NCBI GenBank assembly: GCA_043228905.1
Contig: JBHGNT010000001.1
Span: forward strand, 26,226,001 to 26,290,000
Length of the DNA stretch: 64,000 bases
Source of the DNA: Azolla caroliniana
Lineage: Eukaryota > Plantae > Polypodiophyta
Direction: 5' to 3'
Shown here: piece by piece, positions 19,481-33,179 of the stretch
How the letters are laid out: each line of letters starts with the position of its first letter
Numbering within the stretch: the stretch's first letter is position 1
Position numbers and translations under genes: made by a program
Notes under the pieces: model-generated
What the model was told of the DNA's origin: nothing
What the model saw: only the letters and a program-made list of their open reading frames with translations
Databases searched by the model: none

Positions 19481-19730
19481 TCGTGTAAATATAAAAGTCA
19501 TCACAACCCATGCACAACAACCCAATTATCAAGGGCATGCTATATCAACTGAGCTAGCGGCTCGTCATGCCTCAAGATAGAATTACACTCTCAACCTGTT
19601 CCAACTGGAGGAAGTAAGCTAGATTATGAATTTTCCCGTTTCTAGGCTTGTAATGGTGAGTATAAGACCACAATGCCGAAAAAGCATTCACTCTCCCTAA
19701 AAAGGAGGTGATCCAATTGCACCTTCCAAG
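19481..19730 (-). other. Plastid-derived fragment (NUPT): 16S rRNA 3' end, spacer, trnI-GAU exon 1 (about 19526-19563) and intron start
   Basis: Minus strand GGAAGGTGCAATTGGATCACCTCCTTT, then TAGGGAGAG, then GCTAGCTCAGTTG...CCCTTGATAA TTGGGTTGTTGTGCATGGG; decayed by transitions. Confidence 0.85.
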
Positions 19731-19736
19731 TGGAGA

Positions 19737-19808
19737 AGGTTCCACCGAGACTTGAACTCGGGTTACTGAATTCAAAGTCCAATGTCCTAACCACTAGACC
19801 AAGGAACC
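19737..19808 (-). tRNA. tRNA-Gln(UUG), near intact, possibly a pseudogene
   Basis: GGTTCCTTGGTCTAGTGGTTAGGACATTGGACTTTGAATTCAGTAACCCGAGTTCAAGTCTCGGTGGAACCT, 72 nt; a mismatch at acceptor stem pair 7. Confidence 0.75.
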
Positions 19809-19881
19809 ATTAAACAATTTAACTTTTAGACCATGTCTCCATTGAATCATAATTAGTAACGGAAGTAGACAGATATCAAGA

Positions 19882-19953
19882 AGGTTCCACGGAGACTTAA
19901 ATTCAAGTTACTGGATCCCATGTCCAATGTCCTAACCGCAATGCCATGGAAAC
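19882..19953 (-). pseudogene. Degenerate tRNA-Gln copy
   Basis: Colinear with 19737-19808; anticodon arm damaged. Confidence 0.65.
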
Positions 19954-20985
19954 ATTTTTTTTAAAAAGATATAGAGAAACGTAAACCATTGTAACATAAT
20001 TTCACTTGAACAAGTATAGCCTTGAGTGAATAACACACACACACACACACACACACTTGAACCACCATAGCATTGAATAACATTGAGATATCTAGTGTTT
20101 GGTGTGAGATATCTAGTGTAAAGATATTGGGACTCGGGAGCACCAATCCTTTGCTTGATGTTCATAACTTGGATACTTATTTAACCATGATGAGAGTATT
20201 GCGCATGTGCATGCTAATGATATATACCTTGGGAAATTCATATAAAAGGTAAACCATAATCTTGTACCTTCTTTAGGCCTTACAAAATATTTGTGCACCC
20301 GTCACAAGCTCCAAGCGTTCAACTTTTTGTTGCATGTAGCTCCTCCCAACTTTGTCATTCTAGTTTTTCCAACCTTAAATTTGGTGCAAGGAAAGGTAGA
20401 GCTTTGCAATAACAAATGTCATACTCAAAATTTACAAACTCTTACAATGAGTTATGCATATCTTACCTTACAACGAGTGTCAAACGAGACGCATTTCTCA
20501 ATAACCAATGTATGATTTCTCCTTTGTAAATGTTCTCTAATGCATGGTATGCCTTCTTTCTTATTTCAAAGCAACGAGTACCACATTCGTTCCATTTTTT
20601 ATTTGAAGGAACTTAGTATTTTTGTGCTTGTTCTCAAATGCTTAGCAAGCCCTCTTTCCCACTTCAAAAAGGCACATAGCAAATTCTTTTCAGTGATGAT
20701 TTGAGGCTCTCAAATTCATTTCATGTTGCTTGATATTATAAACAATATCTGGTTTATCCTTGTTTTCAATACACAAGCATAACAAGGTTGACATGATATG
20801 TTGCATCCACACCTTTAAACAAGGCTAACTTAAAAGTCCCAATGGAAGTGGCTTAATCCAACAAGTAGCCGAGGTAGGGTAATGTGAAACAAAATTAAAT
20901 AGATGATTGAATCCATGAAATCACAAAACCAAAAAGACATTGAATTATTGGAACACATGATTGCACATATATTCTCTCAAAATAT

Positions 20986-21260
20986 AATGTCTGCATCATA
21001 TAGTGATCCCACAGATACAATGGCAGATGTTTGCATTGTGTAGCAACCCCACATCTAATGTACAAATGTTTGCATTGTGTCATGTTTCCACTTATGACAT
21101 ACAAGATGTTTCCATTTTTTCTCTCAAAAAACAATGTCTACATCATATAGTGATCCCACAGATGACATGGAAGATGTTTGCATTGTGTAACGATCCTACA
21201 AGTAATGTACATGATGCTTGCATTCTGTCATGTTTCCACTTATTACATACAAGATGTTTG
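20986..21260. repeat. Diverged tandem duplication, about 147-bp period
   Basis: CATCATATAGTGATCCCACAGAT...CATACAAGATGTTT occurs twice. Confidence 0.8.
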
Positions 21261-23266
21261 TGCCTATATAGATATTGTGATTTGTTGACAAAGAAATATG
21301 TGACAGCATTGTAAAGTGCATGCCTGAGTTCATGTGATACACAATTAAATGGAAGGAGTGTCTTTGCTTGCTCTTTTAGAATCTTCTTTGACACTTGCTC
21401 AGGATCGAAAAAGTGACACGAAGTGAATTCCACTTGTACAACTGTCCCCAACCTTCCGCACTAGCAAGTCTTACAACAATAATCCCTAAATCTTGCTTAG
21501 CGTTCTCCAATAGAATGCACCCATCCTTGATCAAGATATCGTGAATTCATAGATATATCTAGAGTAAGTAAAAGACTATTGACTGTTACATGAACTAGCT
21601 ATTGTTTAACTACATTTTCATGAATAACCCAAAGTCAATAGTTAAATATTGGTATCTATGAGAGCTTTTGTAATTTATGTACCATCCATAGTACGGACTT
21701 ATAACCTTGGAATTCAAACCATAGCTTGAGACATCTTACAATACTAGAGCGCAAAAGCATTGCATGTTAAAGCACCAAAGTATTGTTCGAGTTGTATCCA
21801 CGAGCATAACTCACCAAACTAAGGTGGTTGTTTCAAGTATGAAAGATAAGTTTGTCAGCATGTCAAATATGTTGATCATAAAAATTTAGTTTCAATTCAT
21901 GGGCACTAACTGTTCGCTCCTAAAGAATGGCTTTACATAAGTTCACATCAGAACTTTTCCCAATAACCCAAGGGATAAAACCATTGCACTGCTATTTGAA
22001 TTCATGATTTTTGAAAGACATAACAATAGCTTTTGTTAGCCTCCCACTTCGGATGCATTTGACATCAGATACTAGAGGCATTTTTATCTAATGCATGGGA
22101 GTATAAAAGGCGATACATCATGGGTGAGGTGAAAATGGCCGTTGATATGACAAGAAGATAGACATCATATGCACTGTGGAACAGTGCACACTAATCGAAA
22201 AACAAAACAGGAGAATTAAATACGATTCCATTGAGAAGTAATTGGAAGGGGCATTATGACATTGAAATTGAAGGTTTTCCTAGTTTAGAAGCTTCACATT
22301 CATACGAGATTTAGAATGATATACTCAAAGGAATAGTCTCACAATATTGCTTGCTCAACTACCTATTTATGTATTAGTAACAGAAGACTCTTCATACAGC
22401 AAAGAGGTTATATCTCTTGGTCTATAATTCCTTCCATAAGAACATCCTCTGCAATCCTGAGAGAATTTTATCCTTGCTTGAACTTGCAGAAAAGTCCTTA
22501 TGGCCTCTTTTAAGGCAAGAGAGTTAGCTCATAAAGATTCAAGATTCAAGATTCAAGAATGACAATTCCATCAAATTTGGCAAAGAGATTCACTATATAT
22601 AGCCCAGGAAGCTCCTCTCAGATAGTCATTGAGTCAAATTCCTTTACCTGCTATTAATGACTGACAACTAATATGCAAATGCACTAGGAGATAAATGCCA
22701 TGAAAAATGCACTATCATGAACCAATGGTGGCCCAATACAGAAATACAGAAGAATGAAGTGAGCACAAAATCTCCTAGTTGATCATGACTAAGCTTATCA
22801 AGATTGTTAGACCAAAATGTACTCTAAGATATAATCGACAACGAGAAAAGTGGGATTACTCACACAGAGATTGCAAAATTTTCAAAGACCAAAGCTTTCA
22901 AAAGCATGAACCCGGCGTAGAATTTCCCATTCATTCATTCGAAACATGTGAGGTTACAAACACGTGCATATAGACGGTATATTCGAAATCACTCACCTGG
23001 AAAAGGATTTGTGAGCGAGATACCTAAAGCAAATCTGATGAAGAAGAAGGTGAACAACAAAATACACATAACAAATGAAGGTCTTTCTTCTCATTGTCTT
23101 CATACATTCCATGCCCACAAAATGTAACTTTTCCTTTTACTTTTAATGCATTTAATTGTCACAAAACGAGCAATCTTCCTCTTGGCATGCATTCTACAGC
23201 CACAGATAGTTGTGAGTGATTGTTCTTGTTCTCCTTTTCTTCTTATTGATCTTTGCATTCATTAAT

Positions 23267-23872
23267 TTATTCCATAGCCACAGTCGCTCCAAGTGCTTTG
23301 AGCTTTTCCACTATATCGGACGCTTCTTCTTTGGAAATACCAGTTTTGAGCACAGCAGGGGTCTTCTCAACAAGCTCTTTAGCTTCTTTTAGACCTAAGG
23401 TAGTAAAAGTCCTTATCTCTTTAATGATTTTGATCTTAGAAGCAGCTTCATACTTCTCAAGCTTCACATCAAAGGTCATTTTCTCTGCTTTTTTCTTCTC
23501 TTCTTCTTGGGTTTTCTGAGTAGACCCAGCCATGGATCCTCCCATCAAAGGAAAATTAGTAGTGATTTTGAGCTTCTTTTTCAGCAGATCTGCCACATCA
23601 GAGACTTCTAGGACAGAGAGGGAGAGCATTTCATCCGCTATGCTCACCACTCTCTCCGATGGGAATCTCCCAAGATCGATGAAGTAAGGGTCTGATAAGA
23701 TTTCCTTAGACGAATAAAGAGGAAGCGAGCTGGCTTGCTCAGCTGGGATCTGTTGCTGTTGTTGTTGCTGTTGACTGCAGTGGGGGGAGCTGTGGATAGA
23801 AGCTCTGTATTCCAAAGCATGGCTAACGTAGGATCTAAGTGAGCGTCGCATAGTGAGCTTCAAGATAGCCAT
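23267..23872 (-). CDS. RPL12: Organellar (probably mitochondrial) 50S ribosomal protein L7/L12, intronless CDS
   Basis: FDVKLEKY...KIKIIKEIR...LGLKEAKELVEK...LKALGATV C-terminal domain; basic, Ser-rich N-terminal transit-like peptide. Confidence 0.92.
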   Translation of the reverse strand: MAILKLTMRRSLRSYVSHALEYRASIHSSPHCSQQQQQQQQIPAEQASSLPLYSSKEILSDPYFIDLGRFPSERVVSIADEMLSLSVLEVSDVADLLKKKLKITTNFPLMGGSMAGSTQKTQEEEKKKAEKMTFDVKLEKYEAASKIKIIKEIRTFTTLGLKEAKELVEKTPAVLKTGISKEEASDIVEKLKALGATVAME

Positions 23873-23881
23873 GGCGTTTTT

Positions 23882-23943
23882 TAGGGTTTTAACAAGAGAA
23901 AGAGAGAGATAACTTCCCCTGTTTGCTGAGGAATTTAGGGTTT
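23882..23943 (-). promoter_or_regulatory. Two telo-boxes (AAACCCTA) upstream of RPL12
   Basis: TAGGGTTT at 23882-23889 and 23936-23943; typical of plant translation-machinery genes. Confidence 0.6.
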
Positions 23944-24024
23944 ATGGAGGTACTTTAGGTACTCTGTTCTGCTTTCAGAAATTCCCACACATTAGCCCTT
24001 CCTTGGTTCAGGCCAAGCTGCCAA

Positions 24025-24207
24025 ACACGGACACAAACTCGGACTCGGACTCGGACACTATCACGAGACACGGACAAGGAATCGGACACAGACTTGGAAT
24101 TGAACACAAACTCGGACTTGGACTCGAAGTCGAACTCAGACTCAGACTTAGACTCGGACTTGGACTCGAACTCGAACTCAGACTCAGACTTAGACTCGGA
24201 CTCGGAC
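24025..24207. repeat. Degenerate hexamer repeat (GGACTC/AGACTC/GAACTC)
   Basis: Direct reading. Confidence 0.9.
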
Positions 24208-26177
24208 ATGGAAAGGAATGCGAAAAAAAGGGTCAGTGCCTGCTTTGCTTCCTTTGGTTGGTTTGCTCATTACTTTGCCTAAGCCCCCTGACACTGCGCA
24301 AATTTGGATGCGTGCCCCTCTATCACAAGCAGAAGAAGATGAGGATTCAACCAACGAAAAAAGGCATCCTAGACGTGTACTTCTGACCCGAACGAGAGTT
24401 GTTGCAAGTTGTGGGGATAAGCTCTACCCCCTCCATGTTAACCCAAGTTTGAAAGAAGGGTAGCCTAAAGATCCCATGGGTAATCAATTAAATTGAAGGA
24501 TATAGCACCGTAAAGATTCATCATTGAAGATATGGGGAGGGGGGGGCTCATTAAACCATTTTTCCAAAATTTCTAGGCCATTATGATATATGCCCCTCAT
24601 ATTTGGTGGGGGTATTGATCATGCCACGTTCACAAAGCTTGAACCAAAAGGGTAGTGTAGCTTAGTATTTAAAGCATATGTGGTTCAAAGCACACATTGG
24701 TGCTTGTTGTGACGGATTTCCGCTCCTTGCAAAAAAGGCCCTCGCCTTTAGACAACATATGGCTCATATAGGTCACTTCCAAGCTAATGATACACACCAA
24801 GCCTATTCATATCTTATTACTCCTTGACTTCCTCACAAAATTTGTGTCTCCTCTACAAACTATTGCAAAGAGACAATGATATCAATTAAACTCATGCAAC
24901 AAATTGTTTTAAGAGAACTCACAAGGATCATCAACTCTAACACATTGATATGACACATAATTCTAGATAATCTAGCTCATATGGATCATTGATTCAATAC
25001 ACGATATAATTCAAGGAGATTATGTGATAATTATTTTGATCAACATTAAGAACCATTTGTTCAGTACATCAATTGAGAAAATTCAAGTGAACAAATTCTA
25101 TAAGACCATTTGTTGGATACATTCATGTGACAAATAATTGATGAGAATGGAATTCATGGGCAATGTATGATCATCATTTTCAATCTATCAATAATGTGTT
25201 TATAGAACTAATAGGTTACATTTCATACACGCATACAATCTATGGTTTAACATAATCGAGCTCACAAGCCACAAGGGCAATAGTTTTACCAACCTACCGC
25301 TACCTTACTCAAAAACATATCCCTTCATGCAAAATATTCCTCTTGAAAATATACAAAATATTCCTAATTATTTATATTGAGATATAAATTATAATGCAAT
25401 ATTTTACAAGATGTTGTTGCCCTTTCTATAGTTGCTCCACACACATTTAAATTTCTCTAACTAAAAAGATGGGCATATTGTTGCTTCTATGAAAACAAGG
25501 ATTCTCCATTTCTATCCATTAGCCATAACCACCTTGGCTATATATAATAGCCTAAGATCCAAACTATTTTCACCCCTTGTACCTGTTTGATTAGTATCTG
25601 CAAGAGATCCTCGTGATCTCTACACTACCAAAAATATGCAATGACATCTACAATATCTATGAAACGCCATAACACTTTGTGAATATATAGGATGCAACAC
25701 ACTCACCTCAAACAGCGTATGAGATGGGAACTCCATCATAATCACCTTAAGAGTGAGGTAGACCCATCATTTTCCACATCTTTCAGTGGTTTCTCAACCA
25801 TGCAATAATTCATTATTCCTCTTATAGAAGTTAATATTGGATGGCATTCTTTTTCTAATATCAAGGACCATCCATACACAGAAACGTCCAGAGATTTCTC
25901 ATTAAAAGTATGTTCCCACTAAAACTGAAAACATCGTAGGAAACGCATATTACAAGCTTTGGTGGGTTTTGTAATGAGAAACAGTTCGTTTGAGGTGGCA
26001 GATGAATCATCAAAAGAATCATCCGAAAATTAAGAACATTGAAACTCCAGAGATGGGCCAAAGCTTCCAACTTTACACTTGCACTTAGCATGGTCCAACT
26101 CCAAAAGCATCACCTCCCATTTGAGACAATTCGCCCACCCAGAGTACCAGAGGTAGTATTTTGTAGAACTTTCGTTT

Positions 26178-29100
26178 TCAATCATCACCATCCTCTGAAA
26201 TTACACAGTAAAATCATCATCATCAGACAAAAACTACTAGTATCATTAGTACACCCAAACCAGCAAATAAATTGCATTGTATACACCGATAAACTGAAAA
26301 CCAAGCCTATAAAGGCATCAAATGATCTTTACCTGTAGGACTAACATGATGCCAATAAAAGCTAGCCCCCACAATTAAGTAGCATAACACAAGCATCAGA
26401 CCCTTGAAGTAGTTAGATTTCCCTTCCTGCAGCATAGATTTAAGAATGATGTAACAATTAAGAGAATGCACATATTTGCACATGAATAAAAAGTTTATTT
26501 GACTTTCTTGCAAACCTGGAGCATAAAGGCCACCACAATCACTGTGGTGAAAAGGGTGGCTGTTTCAAATAGTTGGAAATTCAAGTCCATTGGTTTTCCC
26601 ATAATCCAACCAACCACAACGCAAAATGGAATCTACAAAGATATCTGCATTTTTAGTTTAGGGTTGCTAAATGAAATACCTAATGCTGTAGACCTCAAGC
26701 TGATGTTTTAGCTCACCACAAACATTGAGATTTGAGTTGAGGAACCAATAGCAACAGCCAAAGAGAGATCCTGTTCACAAGTTGTTGTAGTTTTGAGTTA
26801 AATGATGGCGAGCATAAATAATCACATGCTCATAAATAATCTTATAAATTTTCATTCTCATGCTTACAAGTTTGTCTTTGAGAGCAAACATTATGGCACT
26901 CGCATGTTCAGCTGCATTCCCTACTATAGGTAAAATAATCACACTGATAAACGCCAAAGGAAGCCCTAAGCTTGAAGATGCTCCCTGTTCTCCATACAAA
27001 GGATGAAAAAATATTTCACAACCACCGATGACCAAAATGCAAGGTTGCTAATGCAGACTATCATATGCCCTTTTTGAACACCATGTAAAAGAACAGCTAT
27101 TGAAAACAGCATGTCACTTGAAATATATATATCATAGAACTTGCTAATGCATTCTTAAAAGGTTTCTTACACACATGAACAGATTTCTCATTCATATACA
27201 GTACCTGAAGAATAAAAAAGCCCTATCACTAGATAATTTTTCATGACACAAGTATTGTCCATACCTCGATAGCATCAACCAAATAGTTAGAGAGAATAGA
27301 TATGAAGACTGTGAGTGCCATCAACCATATAATTGCTCCTGTTACACTTAGCCTTACGTCAGAATCCTCATTTGACTCATCATCAAGCTCTTCTTCATTC
27401 TAAAAAAGGTAGAAATACGATATTTAGCATTGAAGACTCCTGTTATGCAATGTATAGAAGCTTTCACAGTATCTTATTTTTCCAGCAAAATTAACATCTG
27501 AACATGACAAAAGTGGAAAAGAATAGAGTGATCCAAATTGATATCATCAAATCTGATAATAGGACATGGATCAGCCACAAAACATCTCTTCATAGGAAGA
27601 TGCCCACAATAGAGTACGCTTTTTAAACACATCAGAGGATTGATTCATCATCAGGCCCTCCTATATGAAGATACATCTATCATATGCACACCACATTTTG
27701 ATAGGGCATCTGCAGACCTCTTCACATCAGATAAAGATTGAGGTAGGCATATACGTGTGCACACCTTGAGAAGAAAAAATTAAGCAATTGTATCAAGGAG
27801 CAGAATCTGAAGAACACTATTTTGCCAGAATTCTAATTTTTATGTTTTAAGAGGGAGAATACAATTGCCTTTTTAACGAAGGCTGGGCTCACTACACAAG
27901 GTAATGGAATATGAGAACTGATACGCACTTGGGAATATTCTTGTTAGAGCTAAACCGACACGGACAATTTGAAGGACAATAAAATAACTACATAAGCTCA
28001 CTAACAAAGAAGAAGAATCACAACTCTATTTATTCTCGTCACTCCTATTCATGCTGCAAGTCAATCAAGGGCTGAACAAGTGAGTTCCCAAACAGGACAC
28101 TGCAAAGGGGTTACAATAGATCGGGCAATAGAAATCTGCCGTGTGACAACTCTCTTTATTCTCATCACTCCTACTCATGCTGCAAGTCAATCAAGGGCTG
28201 AACAAGTGAGTTCCCAAACAGAACACTGCAACGGGATTACAATAGATCAGGCAATAGAAATCTGCCATGCACATAGACCCTGGCCTTGTGGACCACAATC
28301 TTGCGACCCTTGACATTGACAGATAAAGATCATTGTCTCCAGCCACCAATGGTGCTTCCCTAGCTTTGGAGATCTCCCCATTCCTGATCAATCCATGCTG
28401 GAGATGTTTCAAATACAAATATTACAATCTATGTGACATGAGAATCTTACACGTATAGATAACAGAATTTTTTAGTAACTTTATTATTTTTATTTACTGA
28501 TGTGTATAGCATGACTACCAAGTATATGGGAGGCACTTTTTACTGTCTCTTTTGCTGACTGCTCCAGAAATTTGGAAAGTTTGCATACAGACAATAATGG
28601 GGAGTTCACAAGTGCAAAATTTACTGTCTTTTGTGCCTTTTATTGCTCCGTCATATATTCATGCATACCTACCCCTAAGTTTGCATACAGACAAAATGAG
28701 GAGTTCACAAGTGCAAAATCGACCGTCTTTTGTGCCTTTTATTGGCTCCCTCGTGTATTCATGCATACCTACCCCTATGAACCAATATAGCCTCCCATTG
28801 ATGAAACATGAATATGAAACCAGGTTCTATTATAATCTAGAAAATTTAGTGACATTTATTCACCCATAATTTCATTGAATAATATTCACAAGGAAACTTA
28901 AAAGTTCAAAATTGCTTGCTAAAAGTAAACTCACATCACCAGGAATATCATATAATTGCCTGTGACTCTTCAGCTGAAAATATAAATAAGAAGCATATGC
29001 TATCAGCATAATGCAACTAGTGAATCTCGATAAACTCAATTCTGATTCCCCGGCATTTGCTTCAGTGTGTGTGGATCGTAAGACGGCTGGGAAAAGGAGA

Positions 29101-30539
29101 CCCATAACTGCCATGAGCAGTAAACCAGAGTTTACAACAGCTGTAGTCTGCAACATGAGGTTCAAGCGTGACGTTACACAGAAAAGAGATATTTTAGAGC
29201 AAGTAATCAGAAATCATACCTGATTAAATTTTTGATCACTATTAATATGCGCGATGCCACCTGATAAGAACGCGCATCCCAATACTAATAACATATTGGA
29301 CAAAATTGAGCCCAGAAGCGACAGTTGCACCACACGGGTCAATCCATTTTGTAGAGCAAACAATGAAACAATCATCTCAGTGGCATTTCCAAATGTAGCA
29401 TTGAGAAGCCCCCCCACTGCAAGAGATGACCAATGATGCTCAACTCTAACATGAAATGAAACTAGTATACAAATCTTCATCATTATTTTATCAAGAATGA
29501 ATGTCTAAATTTTCACTCTTAAAAAAGCTTAATTCAAAATAGGGTTGAATGTCAAAATACACAGCGAATTAAATCCGAAGCTTACATGTAGAACCTGTAT
29601 AGGTTGCCAATTCTCTGCATGAACAATCCAATATCAGAGCGTTTTTAAAATTAAATAAGCATCCATTATATTTCCTTTTGGTCAAACTTACTCTGTTACA
29701 AAACCAAGCCTTTCAGCTAAAGGTGCAATCCCTAGTAAGCTAAAAGTGAAAAGATAGGCCTGTAAAGCACAATATTACATCATCTTAAAGCAATCATCCG
29801 CAAATTATCATCAAACTTAAGATCCTCAGTTAGCAAAAAAAGAAATTTTGAGTTATTACCAAATCATTTTCCATCAAATCTCATCTTAGATACAACAGGA
29901 TAAAATAAATTGCCTCCTGCTTTTACATTTTTTTAGTTTTAATTAACGTTGTAGTAGTATAACATGTGTTTGAAGCCAAATATAAACTTGCACTTGGACC
30001 ACTTAGCTATGAGCACTGAAAACATTGAGGATCCATATATATTCTCATATACAGATTCACGTAAGACTTTGGAATGAGAATCATTATGATAACAACATAT
30101 AAACCTAAAAATTTATAAAGCTAAGTCAAGTCCTAAAATTCTTTAGGTGCATAGGTTTGATATGAAGGGAGTAGTGAATACACCAACAACCATCCCAATT
30201 CTCTTAAGAGAAATTATTGGCAGCTGCTGTTTCAGACATAAAAGAAAGAAAACTTACATGAGGCAAGTGAAGAGCCTTCATAACTATGGACACAATAACT
30301 GATGGAAGAAGCCACCATATCTTGCTTCCTTTCAGAACAAGCCATATACTTCTAACATGTATTGATAAATCACCTCCTGGTCGTGGCATCCAACCTTGAG
30401 AATGACCACAACATACAGAACCTTGAAAATTCAGACCATTTCTTTGCTTTGCAGAATTTGGAGAATTCGTAGGGCTGCTGGATTTTTGAGGCATCTTGTT
30501 AACTACTTCAGCCTCCACATCATTGATAAGCGGAATAAG
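26178..30539 (-). CDS. CAX: Vacuolar cation/H+ exchanger (CAX family). Exons about 30258-30539, 29692-29759, 29586-29614, 29220-29416, 28935-29147, 27265-27399, 26868-26984, 26717-26770, 26516-26632, 26333-26426, 26178-26194; start codon uncertain
   Basis: [62 protein letters not shown]; GT-AG junctions keep the frame. Confidence 0.9.
28020..28267. repeat. Intronic tandem duplication, about 127 bp x2
   Basis: CATGCTGCAAGTCAATCAAGGGCTGAACAAGTGAGTTCCCAAACAG occurs twice. Confidence 0.85.
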
Positions 30540-33179
30540 CTGTCATCGTGAGAAATTTAACATTTATAAGACACAAACCATTTTTCTGAAAAAACAGTAT
30601 GAGACTATATTACTGTCCATGTCTTCCATAGAAACTGCACTATCTGTAAAAGATTTGATTAAATTATCGGAGAAAGCACTCTAGATTTACTGGATTAAAA
30701 CATGTATCATCACAGAAGAATGATTACTTAATCTATAGCTAATATTCACTCACTTCAACAGAACTGGAATCTTTTTGAGGTTGGTCCAAGACACCATTTG
30801 CAAAATGTACATGAGGATAGAGAGCTTCCTGATCCATTATAGTATTTCACTTGAAAGCATGTGCTAATATACATACATTCCTGGTCCCAGAGATATTTCA
30901 GACCTTACAGAGTATCCTCTTGTACAGGTAAATGCCTGTGCTACTATATACGCACTCCTTTTGCCAGGAATTATAGCAGTTTTATCAAGCTTATATATAG
31001 TAAACACCTCCCAACCAGCATCTGGAACACAGAGATGTAGAAAAGAGATCAAGATCTCAACATTATAGAATGTGAAAGTTACTTAGACTGCACCATTATC
31101 TGAATGCAAGTACTATTTCGAACAGCAACTTTGTAATATTGTGGAACAAAAAAGATAACTTCAATAACAGCAACAACATAACATAAGGTACAGAAATGAA
31201 ATCAAGATTGCAAGAGCCATACAACACAACAAAGTTACTTCGAACCTGTGTATGACATAAGGTGCAGATAGGGAATCAACATTGCTAGTGCAAGATAATA
31301 CAAAATGCCAAATGGAAATCCAGCTGCAAACATTATAAAATGCAAAAAGCCTCTTAAACATAAAATGCAGAAATGAGACCACAATTGCAAACATTATAGA
31401 ATGCAAGAAACTTCTTGAACTGTATCTGGATCATAGAGATGCAGAAATACGATCAAGATTGTGAACATTGTCAAATGGAAATGGGTACTGTTAGCCGTAT
31501 TCCGAGCATAGATGTGCAAAAAAGGATTGAATTTGCAACATCATAAAATGCAAATGCCTTTTTCACCAGTACCCAAATGTGCAGCATTATAGAGTGCAAA
31601 AAGAGAGTATATAAGTAGAACAAAGATAATACAAAGATAGGGTTAGCAAAAGTAAAGATCTCATGGTTTTGAGCGATAAAACTAACAGCAATTTCTTCCC
31701 AAAAAAGAGAATAAAGTCTTTTTGCAAAAATAACGACTATTAACTTATGTGTGACATGGTATACAATATTGGTTGGTGGACCAAGGCTATGAGAAAATTT
31801 ATCAAGTGCATCTGGGTGTCCTTGAGTGGATCAGATATGGTGAGCAATTATCTCGATGATCACCTGCTGGTATGGCCCATGTGCCCTGGCTCCTTACAAT
31901 CAAGAACTAGCAACATTACACTCTATAAAAGCTACCACAATTGTCATTGCAAAAGCAGCAAAGAAAACCCTTTCCAAAACCAACAGGAATATGATTAGCA
32001 AAAGTGACAACAAAACATCCTGCAATGCTAACAACAATTTCTTTGCAGAATTTATTAACAATTCTCATTGAAAACTAGCCACAAATATTTTTTCAAAACA
32101 AAGAACCAGAACCAGCATGATACAGATCAGCTAACACAGACATGAATGTAAGAAGTACAGAATCAAAATTTTGCAAAGAGCCTATGTGGGATTTCAGTAG
32201 ATAGATGATACTAATTGAGATATACTCACATGTGCTCCAAAGAGATACAGATAGAATAATGGCATTAGGTACACACTTTAGTTCACTCAACTAAATTTGT
32301 CTTGCATACATACACTACTAACTCTTAATGGCTATGTTCACCAACTGAATTCATCCAAGATCAGTCACTCATTAACCATAATCAAGGGATCTGTTGGCAC
32401 TTATTCACATCACCACTTCCCCTCAAAAATCCATCAGGTTCTCTAAGCTTTATCTACATTTTTTGCTCACAAGACTCCAAAAATCTTCTTCCAGTTCCAT
32501 TAACTCTTGTATCATCAGATCCACTTTTGTAAAATACTTAGCATACAATACACATCCTACATATTTTAATAGCATTCTAACTTTTTATTCAATACCTAGA
32601 AATGTATTCTAAAGATAAAATACATAGAATAGGTTAGATACTTCTCAGTATTTTATTGCACCTAACAATTGTTTTCCACCAAAAAGAAAAACTTAAGAAA
32701 TAAAATGTAGAGTATGTATTAAATACTTCAGATTATTTTAAAATGTATTCTATATATAGAATACACGATTTTAAGAACAATAATCAGATCCTTCCTCTTC
32801 CAAATACTCCAAGGAGACTCAAGTCTTTCTCTTCCATATATTGGTACATTTCCATCTTAATGTTCCACAGTAGCTTCCTTATTCACTCAGGTCCTAGGCT
32901 TTGGTAAAGAAAGAAATAGAGGAAGATTATTAATGTCTCCAAGAGGTAAAAATTTCCTATGAGACCAAACAAGAGATTACATCGTAAAACATTGGCATAT
33001 CTTTGAGACCAACAAACCAAAAAAATATAATAAAATTAGAAGAACTTCCTAAGGTACCAGAGCAATTTGTTAGCTAAGCACTTAAAATTTTGAACTTAGA
33101 TGGACCAAAATCGTTTCCTTTGGAAGATCTTGAAAATAAGTTGAAAGGTTTGCCAATGATAAGGGTGACAGGGTCGTGA

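Noticed and set aside
19701-19730. 16S rRNA 3' end with anti-Shine-Dalgarno, suggesting a bacterial rRNA gene or contamination
   Set aside because: Only about 30 nt, mutated, and linked to intron-bearing trnI; explained as a plastid insertion.
20300-21600. Coding-like minus-strand remnants
   Set aside because: Too decayed to assign to a family.
23878-23945. TTTAGGG units as interstitial telomere
   Set aside because: Isolated single units; better explained as telo-boxes.
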